This document shows positions 57,091 to 64,000 of a stretch of DNA of 64,000 bases, one piece after another. The stretch is from positions 1,702-65,701 of the forward strand of contig JBKQUM010000138.1 in assembly GCA_052140165.1 (NCBI GenBank). The letters are read 5' to 3'. The first letter of the stretch is position 1. The number at the start of each line of letters is the position of its first letter. Source of the stretch: Acidimicrobiales bacterium (lineage in GTDB: Bacteria > Actinomycetota > Acidimicrobiia > Acidimicrobiales > RAAP-2). The notes beneath the pieces were generated by a model. That model was not told where the DNA came from, made no database searches, and worked only from the letters and a program-made list of their open reading frames with translations. Both the position numbers and the translations under genes were made by a program.

Positions 57091-58323
57091 GTGGGAGCCG
57101 TCGAGACAGGGCCTGCCCCAGGGCGAGCCACCCTGCTGCCCGACCCCGAGCCGCGCGCGATCCGGGTCCCCGTCATTTCGGTCGACGACCATCTCATCGA
57201 ACCGCCCGACCTCTTCGAGGGTCGCCTGCCCGCGTCCCTCCGGGACGGAGCGCCCCGTGTGGTCGAGGACGACGACGGCACGCAATCGTGGGTCTTCGAG
57301 GGGACCCGCTACCCCAACGTGGGCCTCAACGCGGTGGTGGGCCGCCCCCGGGCCGAGTGGAGCATGGAGCCGGCGCGCTTCGACGAGATGCGGCCCGGCT
57401 GCTTCGACATCGCCGCCCGGATAGAGGACATGGACCTGGCCGGGGTGTGGGCCTCGCTGTGCTTCCCGTCCCTCGTGTCGGGGTTCTGCGGCGCCGTCTA
57501 CTCGCGGGCAGGCGACCGCGAGCTGGGCCTGGCCTGCCTGCGCGCCTTCAACGACTGGCACCTGGAGGAGTGGGCGGGACCGCGGCCCGACCGCATCATC
57601 CCGCTGCAGCTGCCGTGGCTGGCCGACATCGAGGTGGCCAGCGCCGAGGTCAGGTCCAACGCGGCGCGCGGCTTCAAGGCGGTGAGCTTCCCCGAATTCC
57701 CGGCGCAACTCCGCCTTCCCTCCATCTTCAGCGGCGCATGGGACCCCTTCATCGCCGCCTGCGAAGAGACGGGCACCGTCGTGTGCCTGCACACGGGGGC
57801 TTCGTCGTGGGCCCCGCTCCCCTCGCCCGACCCGCCCTTCGAGCTGCTCCCCACCGTGTTCCCCGTCAACGCCCTGCTGGCGGCGGGCGAATGGCTGTGG
57901 TCCGGCGTCCCGCTCCGCTTCCCGGGGCTGGCGGTGGCGATGTCCGAGGGCGGCATCGGCTGGGTGCCCATGCTGATGGACCGGGCCGACTACGTGCTGG
58001 CGCACTCCGCGTCGGGAACCGAGAGCCACGCCTGGCCCTCCGACCTCCTTCCGAGCGAGGTGCTGCGCCGCAACTTCTGGTTCTGCTCCATCGACGACCC
58101 GTCGGCCGTGGCGCAGCGCCACGTCATCGGCGTCGACCACATCATGGTGGAGAGCGACTACCCCCACGCCGACTCCTCGTGGCCCGACACCCAGGACGTG
58201 CTGTCCGCCACCTGGGGCACGCTGCCCGACGACGAGCTGCGTGCCGTCGCGGGCGGCAACGCCTCCCGGCTGTTCCGCCACCCGTTGCCGGCCCTCGACG
58301 ACTGGCGCCGTCCAGTGCCGTGA
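57091..58323 (+). CDS. amidohydrolase-2 (ACMSD-like, PF04909-type) family protein
   Basis: ISVDDHLIEPPDLF N-terminus and C-terminal ESDYPHADS metal motif. Confidence 0.8.
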   Translation: MGAVETGPAPGRATLLPDPEPRAIRVPVISVDDHLIEPPDLFEGRLPASLRDGAPRVVEDDDGTQSWVFEGTRYPNVGLNAVVGRPRAEWSMEPARFDEMRPGCFDIAARIEDMDLAGVWASLCFPSLVSGFCGAVYSRAGDRELGLACLRAFNDWHLEEWAGPRPDRIIPLQLPWLADIEVASAEVRSNAARGFKAVSFPEFPAQLRLPSIFSGAWDPFIAACEETGTVVCLHTGASSWAPLPSPDPPFELLPTVFPVNALLAAGEWLWSGVPLRFPGLAVAMSEGGIGWVPMLMDRADYVLAHSASGTESHAWPSDLLPSEVLRRNFWFCSIDDPSAVAQRHVIGVDHIMVESDYPHADSSWPDTQDVLSATWGTLPDDELRAVAGGNASRLFRHPLPALDDWRRPVP

Positions 58324-58325
58324 GC

Positions 58326-59813
58326 ATGGTGGAAGGGATCGCCCCGCTGCCGCCCCGCGCCGGTCCGGTGGTCGACGCCGACGGGCACGTCGTCGAGCCG
58401 CTGAGCGCCTGGGCCGGGCTACCCGAGGCACACCGCCCGGTCATCACGGCGGACGCCCACGGCTACGAACACGTCACCGTCGGCGGCACCGAGATCCTGG
58501 CCGTGCCGCTCGGGACGCTGGCCCGCCCGGGCTCCACCTTCGACGACCCCGCAGCCTTCCGGCCCCTGGCCGACGCCCAGCCCGGAGGCGGCGACCCGGT
58601 GGTCCGGCTGGCCGACATGGACGCCGAGGGCATCGACCAGGCCGTGCTCTACCCCACCCTCGGGCTGTACTTCTGCGCGGTCGAGGACCCCGAGGCGGCG
58701 GTCGGCCTGGCCGTGGGCTACAACGACTGGCTGGCCACGTACTGCGCCGCGGACCCGGCCCGGCTGTTCGGCGCCGCCATGGTGCCCCTGCAGGACCCCG
58801 CTGCGGCCGCCCACGAACTGCGCCGCGCCGTGACCCAGCTGGGCTTCCGGGCGGGTTTCGTCCGCCCCAACCCCTGTCTGGGCCGCTCGCTCTCCGACCG
58901 TGCCTACGACGTCGTCTGGAATGCCGCCGAGGAGCTGGGCGTGCCCATCGGGATCCACGAGGGCAGCTCGGTCATCGTGCCGACGCTCGGGTCGGACCGC
59001 CCCTTCAACCCGCTGGTCCTGCACGCCGTCTCGCACCCGTTCGAGCAGATGCTGGCCTGCGCCCAGCTCATCGCCTTCGGGGTGCTCGATCGGCATCCGG
59101 GCCTGCGCTGCGTCTTCCTCGAGTCCTCCGGGGGCTGGGCCCCGTTCTGGCTCGAGCGCCTGGACGAGCAGGCCGGATCCTTCGGCGGCTTCTGCCCCGA
59201 CATGCGGCTGCTCCCCTCTGAGTACTTCGCCCGCCAGTGCGCCATCAGCTTCGAGGTCGACGAGCACACGCTGCCGGCGCTGGCCCCCTTCGTCGGTCCC
59301 GGTCGCATTGTGTGGGGCAGCGACTACCCGCACCACGACGCCACCTTCCCCGGGGCCGTCGACGCGCTGCGGGCGACCATCGCCCCGTGCCCGACGGCGA
59401 CACAGATCCGGGTGCTCGGCCTCAACGCGCGGGAGATCTACGGATTGCCGTCGCGCCAGGACGGCGTGGCGGGCCTGATCGACGACTACTTCGCCGCCGT
59501 CACCGCGCAGGACCCTGCGCTCGTGCGGCGGGTCTTCGCGCCCGACGCGACGTTCGACGTGGACGGCGACTGCCGCCGGGGCCACGACGACATCCTGGCG
59601 TACTACACCGAGCACACCTTCGTGTTCGGGGACTTCCGGCCCGACCCGGCGCCGCTGCAGATCGACGGTTCGACGGTCACGGTGGACATCGACGTCCACC
59701 TGGGCGGGACCGAGCGGACGGTGCGCGACGTCTTCGAGACCGACGGGACGCGCATCACGGCGTTGCGGGTCAGAGGGTTCGCCGACGTGCTGCGGGCCGC
59801 CGACCGGCGTTGA
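58326..59813 (+). CDS. amidohydrolase-2 family protein with a C-terminal SnoaL/NTF2-like extension
   Basis: VVDADGHVVEP.. and GSDYPHHDA motifs. An extra C-terminal segment of about 120 aa (IDDYFAAVTAQDPALVRRVFAPDATFDV..) looks NTF2-like. Only the last 495 codons of the giant ORF 55563..59813 are used. Confidence 0.75.
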   Translation: MVEGIAPLPPRAGPVVDADGHVVEPLSAWAGLPEAHRPVITADAHGYEHVTVGGTEILAVPLGTLARPGSTFDDPAAFRPLADAQPGGGDPVVRLADMDAEGIDQAVLYPTLGLYFCAVEDPEAAVGLAVGYNDWLATYCAADPARLFGAAMVPLQDPAAAAHELRRAVTQLGFRAGFVRPNPCLGRSLSDRAYDVVWNAAEELGVPIGIHEGSSVIVPTLGSDRPFNPLVLHAVSHPFEQMLACAQLIAFGVLDRHPGLRCVFLESSGGWAPFWLERLDEQAGSFGGFCPDMRLLPSEYFARQCAISFEVDEHTLPALAPFVGPGRIVWGSDYPHHDATFPGAVDALRATIAPCPTATQIRVLGLNAREIYGLPSRQDGVAGLIDDYFAAVTAQDPALVRRVFAPDATFDVDGDCRRGHDDILAYYTEHTFVFGDFRPDPAPLQIDGSTVTVDIDVHLGGTERTVRDVFETDGTRITALRVRGFADVLRAADRR

Positions 59814-59860
59814 CCGGCGTTGACCGGCGTTGACCGGCGTTGACCGGCGCTGACCGGCGG
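59801..59860. repeat. 10-bp tandem repeat (TGACCGGCGT), 6 copies
   Basis: Read directly: cgaccggcgt, tgaccggcgt x3, tgaccggcgc, tgaccggcgg. The first copy encodes the last codons of the upstream gene, and its stop is the TGA that begins the second copy. Confidence 0.95.
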
Positions 59861-59891
59861 CCGGGCAGGGCCGGGTGGGAGGCCGACCGGA

Positions 59892-61604
59892 TCAGGCGGC
59901 GGGCTGGGGCTGCGGTCCGCGCAGGAGCCGGCCCGGGAGCTCGCCCGTCGCCGCGTCGTGCTCGCGCACGACGACGCCCGACTTGACCGTGGCGGTGTAG
60001 CCCCGGGCACGCTGGACGAGCCGCTTGCCCGACCCCGGGAGGTCGTAGACCATCTCGGGCGGGTCCAGAGCCAGTGCGTCGTGGTCGATCACGTTGACGT
60101 CGGCCAGGTGGCCCGGTGCCAGGAGCCCGCGGTCGCGGAAGCCGTACAGCTCGGCCGTGCGCCGGGTCTGGAGGTGCACGACCGTCTCGACAGGGAGTCC
60201 CTCGCCGCGGGAGCGGTCGCGGGCCCAGTGCGTCAGCATGAACGTGGGCAGGCTGGCGTCGCACAGCACGCCGCAGTGCGCGCCGCCGTCGCCCAGCCCG
60301 AGGACCGTGGCCGGGTGGACGAGCATCTCGCGCACGGCGTCGAGGTTGCACGCCGCGTAGTCCAGCAGCGGGAGGTAGAGGAGCTCCCGGCCGTCACGCC
60401 CGAGCATCAGGTCGTAGAGCACCTCGTCGGTGCTCCGGCCCTCGGCGGCGGCGATGGCGGTCACGCTGCGCTCGGGCGGGGGCTCGTAGTCGGGCGGGTC
60501 GCCCAACGGGAAGAGCTTGTGGAGGTTGGCCCGCAGCAGCTCGACGAAGCCGCCCGGGCGGGGCTGCTCGCCGAGGATGGCGGCCCGCACCTCGGGCGTG
60601 CGCAGCCGGGCCACGCGCTCGGCGAGCGGGAGCCCGGCGATCTCCTTGTAGGCGCGGTGGTGTGCGAAGGGGTGCGTGGTGGACTCGAAGCCCACCATCA
60701 GCGACGTCGGCTTGCCCGCCACCTGGGGGACGAGCCACGCGCCGCGCCGGTTGGCGGCCACGCCGCGGTCGATCCACTCGCGCCAGAGGTCCGGTGCGAA
60801 GTCGGCCTGCAGCACCTGGTACGTGACGGGGACACCGGCGCGGGTGGAGATCTCCGACATCCAGGCGAATTCGTGGTCGAGGTCCCGCATGTCGCTCGCC
60901 ACCGAGAAGACGCGGTGCCCGGCCTTGCCCAGCGCCTCGCCGATCGCCACCAGCTCGTCGGCCGCGGCCGTCGTCCCGGCCGCCAGCTCGCCGTCCTTGG
61001 CCCGGTGCAGGACCGTGCGCGTCGTCGAGGCGCCGATCGCTCCCGCATGCACGGCCTCGCGCACGATGGCGGCCATCTCGGCGATCTCCTCCCCCGTCGC
61101 CGGGTCGTTCCCCCGGCCCTCGCCGAGCACGTAGGCGCGCAGGGCCCCGTGGGGCACCAGGCTCGCCACGTCGAGCACCCGCGCCGTCCGCTCCACCTCG
61201 TCGAGGTACTCCCCGAAGGTCTCCCAGTTCCACGTCATGCCCTCGGCGAGCGCCGTGCCGGGGATGTCCTCCACGCCCTCCATGAGCTGGATCAGCCACG
61301 CGCGATCGGTGTCCCGCGCCGGGGCGAACCCCACGCCGCAGTTGCCCATGACGACGGTCGTCACGCCGTGCCAACCCGACGGCGAGACCTCGGGGTCCCA
61401 GGTGGCCTGGCCGTCGTAATGGGTGTGGATGTCGACCCAACCGGGCGTCACCAGCTTCCCCTCGGCGTCGACCTCGCGCCGGGCCGGGCCGTCGACCTCG
61501 CCCACGGCGCTGATGACACGGCCATCGATCGCGACGTCGCCGACGCGGGTGGGCCTGCCCGAACCGTCGGCGATCGTGCCGCCCCGGATGATCAGGTCGT
61601 GCAT
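59892..61604 (-). CDS. N-acyl-D-amino-acid deacylase family amidohydrolase (paralog 3, close to paralog 1)
   Basis: MHDLIIRGGTIADGSG..PGWVDIHTHYD..HGVTTVVMGNCG. Long collinear identity by eye with the 30067..31800 product. Confidence 0.85.
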   Translation of the reverse strand: MHDLIIRGGTIADGSGRPTRVGDVAIDGRVISAVGEVDGPARREVDAEGKLVTPGWVDIHTHYDGQATWDPEVSPSGWHGVTTVVMGNCGVGFAPARDTDRAWLIQLMEGVEDIPGTALAEGMTWNWETFGEYLDEVERTARVLDVASLVPHGALRAYVLGEGRGNDPATGEEIAEMAAIVREAVHAGAIGASTTRTVLHRAKDGELAAGTTAAADELVAIGEALGKAGHRVFSVASDMRDLDHEFAWMSEISTRAGVPVTYQVLQADFAPDLWREWIDRGVAANRRGAWLVPQVAGKPTSLMVGFESTTHPFAHHRAYKEIAGLPLAERVARLRTPEVRAAILGEQPRPGGFVELLRANLHKLFPLGDPPDYEPPPERSVTAIAAAEGRSTDEVLYDLMLGRDGRELLYLPLLDYAACNLDAVREMLVHPATVLGLGDGGAHCGVLCDASLPTFMLTHWARDRSRGEGLPVETVVHLQTRRTAELYGFRDRGLLAPGHLADVNVIDHDALALDPPEMVYDLPGSGKRLVQRARGYTATVKSGVVVREHDAATGELPGRLLRGPQPQPAA

Positions 61605-61688
61605 CGCTGCGCTCTCCTTGTCCGCTTCTTGGGTCCGGCGTCCTGGGTCTGCCCGCCCCCACCGCCCCTCCTGGAGGGGGGCGGCGGC

Positions 61689-62726
61689 CTACACCCAGCT
61701 TCGCAGTTTTTCGATCATGGCGACCGGATCGTCGCCCACGGGGGTCACGTTGAGGTGCGTCACCCCGGCCTCGGCCAGCCCGGCCACCCGCTCCTTGATG
61801 TAGGCCTCGGGACCGCAGAGCGATGTCGCCTCGAGCAGCTCGGCCGGCACGCGCGCCGCCGCCTCCTCCTTCTTGCCCGACAGGTAGAGGTCCTGGATCT
61901 CCGCCGCCTCCTTCTCGTAGCCGTAGCGGCACGCCAGCGCGTTGTAGAAGTTCCTCCCCTTGGCGCCCATCCCCCCGATGTAGAGGGCGGCCATGCCGCG
62001 CCCCAACTCGCGGATGGGCCCGACCTCGGACTCCTCGCCGATGGCCAGGATGCCGCCGGCGGCGATCTGGAGCGTGCCGAGCGCGGGGTCCCGCTTGGCC
62101 GCGCCTTGTGCGAGCGCGGGGCCGAAGACCTCCTTGGCCTTGTCGGGGACGAAGAACAGCGGCAGCCACCCCTCCGCGATCTCGGCCGTCATGGCGACGT
62201 TCTTCTCGCCGAGCGCCGCCACCCAGACGGGGATGCGGGGCCGGACCGGGTGGTTGATCAGCTTCAGCGCCTTGCCCAGGCCGGTGCCCTGATCCGATGG
62301 GAGCGGGATGTGGTACGCCGCCCCGTCGTGCGTCAGCGGCGCCTCGCGGGCCCACACGTCGCGGCAGATCTCGATGATCTCCCGGGTCCGGGTGAGCGGG
62401 CGGTCGTAGGGCACGCCGTGGAAGCCCTCGATCACCTGGGGCCCCGACGCGCCCAGGCCGAGCTGGCATCGACCACCCGAAATGGCATCGATGCCGGCGG
62501 CGGTCATCGCGATCAGCGTCGGCGTGCGGGTGTAGATGGGCAGGATGGCGGCGCCGATGTCCACCCGTTCCGTCTTGGCGGCCAGGTACCCCATGAAGCT
62601 CGGCGCGTCGTAGCTGTACGCCTCGGCCACCCACACCACATCGAGCCCCACCTTCTCGAGCTCGGCCGCCTGGCGCGCGGACTCGGCGAACCCGCCGGCG
62701 TAGCTCAGCTGCATGGACAGCTTCAC
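61689..62726 (-). CDS. LLM-class (luciferase-like) F420- or flavin-dependent oxidoreductase
   Basis: MKLSMQLSYAGG.., VWVAEAYSYDA, and LGLGASGPQVIEGFHG are typical of LLM-class F420-dependent oxidoreductases. Confidence 0.85.
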   Translation of the reverse strand: MKLSMQLSYAGGFAESARQAAELEKVGLDVVWVAEAYSYDAPSFMGYLAAKTERVDIGAAILPIYTRTPTLIAMTAAGIDAISGGRCQLGLGASGPQVIEGFHGVPYDRPLTRTREIIEICRDVWAREAPLTHDGAAYHIPLPSDQGTGLGKALKLINHPVRPRIPVWVAALGEKNVAMTAEIAEGWLPLFFVPDKAKEVFGPALAQGAAKRDPALGTLQIAAGGILAIGEESEVGPIRELGRGMAALYIGGMGAKGRNFYNALACRYGYEKEAAEIQDLYLSGKKEEAAARVPAELLEATSLCGPEAYIKERVAGLAEAGVTHLNVTPVGDDPVAMIEKLRSWV

Positions 62727-62818
62727 GCGGTCCTCCCTTTCCTCGTCGGCACCTCGGTCCGAACGGAAAAGAGTATCCTAAACTCCTCCCCGGTCCGGCC
62801 GCCCGTAGCATCGCAGCC

Positions 62819-63430
62819 ATGGCCGGCGCCATCGAATTCGTCCTCTTCGACCTCGGTGGGGTGCTGGTCGACCCGGGCGGGGTGGGCCCGATGCGGGAGC
62901 TCAGCCGCATCGGCACCGACGAGGAGCTCTGGGCCCGCTGGCTGAGCTGCCGCTGGGTGCGCCGCTTCGAGGCCGGGCTGTGCTCGCCCGAGGAGTTCGC
63001 CGGCGGCGTGGTGGCCGATTGGGAGCTCGAGCTGGAGCCGGCCGCGTTCCTCGACGAGTTCTCCGGATGGGTCAACGCCCCCTACCCGGGGGCGCTCGAG
63101 CTCGTCGCGGCGGTGCGGGACGACGTCGGCGTGGGCTGCCTCTCCAACACGAACGCGGTCCAGTGGCACGCCAACTACGAGGCGACCGCGATCACCGAGG
63201 CGTTCACCTTCCGCTTCCTCTCCTTCGAGCTGGGTCTGGTCAAGCCGGACCGCCAGATCTTCGAGGTGGTCGCGGCCCGCCTCCCGGTCCCGCCGGGCCG
63301 CGTGCTGTTCCTCGACGACAACGCCGCCAACGTCAGCGGCGCGGAGGCGAGCGGGTTCGTGGCGCGTCACGTGCGCGGCGTCGAAGAGGCGCGCCGGGCG
63401 CTGGGCGCCGAGGGTGCCCTCGCCGGCTGA
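62819..63430 (+). CDS. HAD-superfamily hydrolase (subfamily IA-like)
   Basis: Motif I variant VLFDLGGVLVD, and motif IV FLDDNAANV. Confidence 0.82.
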   Translation: MAGAIEFVLFDLGGVLVDPGGVGPMRELSRIGTDEELWARWLSCRWVRRFEAGLCSPEEFAGGVVADWELELEPAAFLDEFSGWVNAPYPGALELVAAVRDDVGVGCLSNTNAVQWHANYEATAITEAFTFRFLSFELGLVKPDRQIFEVVAARLPVPPGRVLFLDDNAANVSGAEASGFVARHVRGVEEARRALGAEGALAG

Positions 63431-63434
63431 GTCC

Positions 63435-63491
63435 GGGGTCGGGGGGTGGGGGGTCGGGGGTCGGGGGGTGAGGGGTCGGGGGTCGGGGGGG
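63435..63491 (+). repeat. array of 8 consecutive G-tracts (G4 to G7), candidate G-quadruplex motif
   Basis: Read directly: GGGG tc GGGGGG t GGGGGG tc GGGGG tc GGGGGG tga GGGG tc GGGGG tc GGGGGGG. It starts 5 nt after the HAD stop and ends 34 nt before the next start. Confidence 0.9.
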
Positions 63492-63524
63492 CGCCGGTCC
63501 GGTCGTGTGTGCCAACATGCCGCC

Positions 63525-63944
63525 ATGGTTGCCAATGGCCCAATGCTGCGTCTCCTGCCGCGCCTCGACGACGGCGTCGCCTTCTACTGGACCTCCGGCG
63601 AGGACGGCGTGCTGCGGCTGCTGCACTGCAACGCCTGCGGGTTCTTCATCCACCCGCCGGGACCCGTCTGCCCGCGCTGCCTCTCGCGGGACCTGGCCCC
63701 CGAGGCGGTCAGCGGGCGCGGCCACGTCGAGACGTTCACCGTCAACCACCAGCAGTGGATACCGGGGAGCGACCCCTACATCATCGCCTGGGTGTCGATC
63801 GACGAGCAGCCCGACGTGCGGCTCACCACGAACCTGGTCGACATCGAGCCCGACGACGTCCGCATCGGCATGCCGGTGCGCGTGGTCTTCGAGCAGGCAG
63901 AGGACGTGTGGCTCCCGCTCTTCACGCCCGAGGGCGCGTCGTGA
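63525..63944 (+). CDS. Zn-ribbon OB-fold protein (DUF35 family)
   Basis: CNACGFFIHPPGPVCPRC zinc ribbon followed by an OB-fold segment (GHVETFTVNH..). Its usual thiolase-like partner follows. The start could alternatively be ATG 63543. Confidence 0.83.
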   Translation: MVANGPMLRLLPRLDDGVAFYWTSGEDGVLRLLHCNACGFFIHPPGPVCPRCLSRDLAPEAVSGRGHVETFTVNHQQWIPGSDPYIIAWVSIDEQPDVRLTTNLVDIEPDDVRIGMPVRVVFEQAEDVWLPLFTPEGAS

Positions 63945-64000
63945 GCCCGTCGCCGGTCGAGGAGCCTCTTGAGCGCCGGGCCGTCATCTCGGGCATCGGC
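63941..64000 (+). CDS. 5' end of a thiolase-like / lipid-transfer protein (partial, runs off the window)
   Basis: GTG overlaps the upstream stop as GTGA. The N-terminus ..RRAVISGIG resembles thiolase-fold partners of DUF35 proteins. Only 20 codons are visible. Confidence 0.45.
   Translation, partial: MSPSPVEEPLERRAVISGIG

Noticed and set aside
55563-58325. N-terminal 921 codons of the 1416-aa ORF 55563..59813
   Set aside because: This part is antisense to the aldehyde dehydrogenase, or out of register with the 57091..58323 amidohydrolase. Only the last 495 codons, from ATG 58326, have protein-family motifs.
59801-59860. Possible CRISPR array (also considered for 63435-63491)
   Set aside because: The units are 10 bp or shorter and directly abut one another with no spacers. 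There are no cas genes in the window. These are simple tandem or G-tract repeats.
61662-61684. GC hairpin (CCGCCCC..GGGGCGG) downstream of the LLM gene, considered as an intrinsic terminator
   Set aside because: No U-tract follows on the transcribed (minus) strand, and the next gene starts 57 nt later. There is not enough support to call a terminator.
59958-62945. Shadow ORFs of 995 aa (plus strand, 59958..62945) and 893 aa (minus strand, 60394..63075) over the D-aminoacylase/LLM region
   Set aside because: Low-complexity Arg/Gly/Pro composition with no motifs. They overlap well-supported genes in other frames.

Overview
The window is a very GC-rich, actinobacterium-like chromosomal segment. 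The taxon is inferred only from codon bias and gene order. Genes are densely packed and many adjacent pairs share 4-nt GTGA/ATGA stop-start overlaps.

Most of it is conserved core, largely on the minus strand: tig-clpP-clpX-folC-ndk, mreBCD-PBP2, a radical-SAM pair, RNase E/G, rplU-rpmA, and obg-proB-proA followed by a MoxR/VWA pair. Two blocks interrupt or flank this core. A copper amine oxidase / DtxR-type regulator / deaminase block sits between rpmA and obg. An amidohydrolase-rich catabolic region runs from about 49 to 64 kb.

The only clearly accessory segment is about 34.7-39.5 kb. It is visibly AT-richer and contains:
- a short gene remnant at its left edge
- an AT-rich promoter region
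- an intact hipBA kinase toxin-antitoxin pair
- a 635-bp stretch with no credible ORF
- a frameshifted, signal-peptide-bearing HAF-repeat gene
- a truncated tyrosine integrase that abuts the 5' side of tRNA-Pro(UGG)

Three tRNAs (Pro, Arg, His) are present. There are no rRNA genes, no CRISPR array and no intact mobile element.

Other features seen directly in the sequence:
- six copies of a 10-bp tandem repeat overlapping a stop codon (59801-59860)
- eight consecutive G-tracts in one intergenic region (63435-63491)
- several small inverted or tandem repeats in promoter regions
- a 51-aa zinc-ribbon ORF missing from the ORF track

I did not recognise a clear, complete novel multi-gene system. 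The best candidates for unexplained biology are the decayed island and its ORF-less segment, the amine oxidase-regulator-deaminase operon, the radical SAM / TIGR03936-type pair, a DoxX-Rieske fusion, and an orphan ParA coupled to a zinc-ribbon protein. Every family assignment rests on motifs read by eye; no database search was run.
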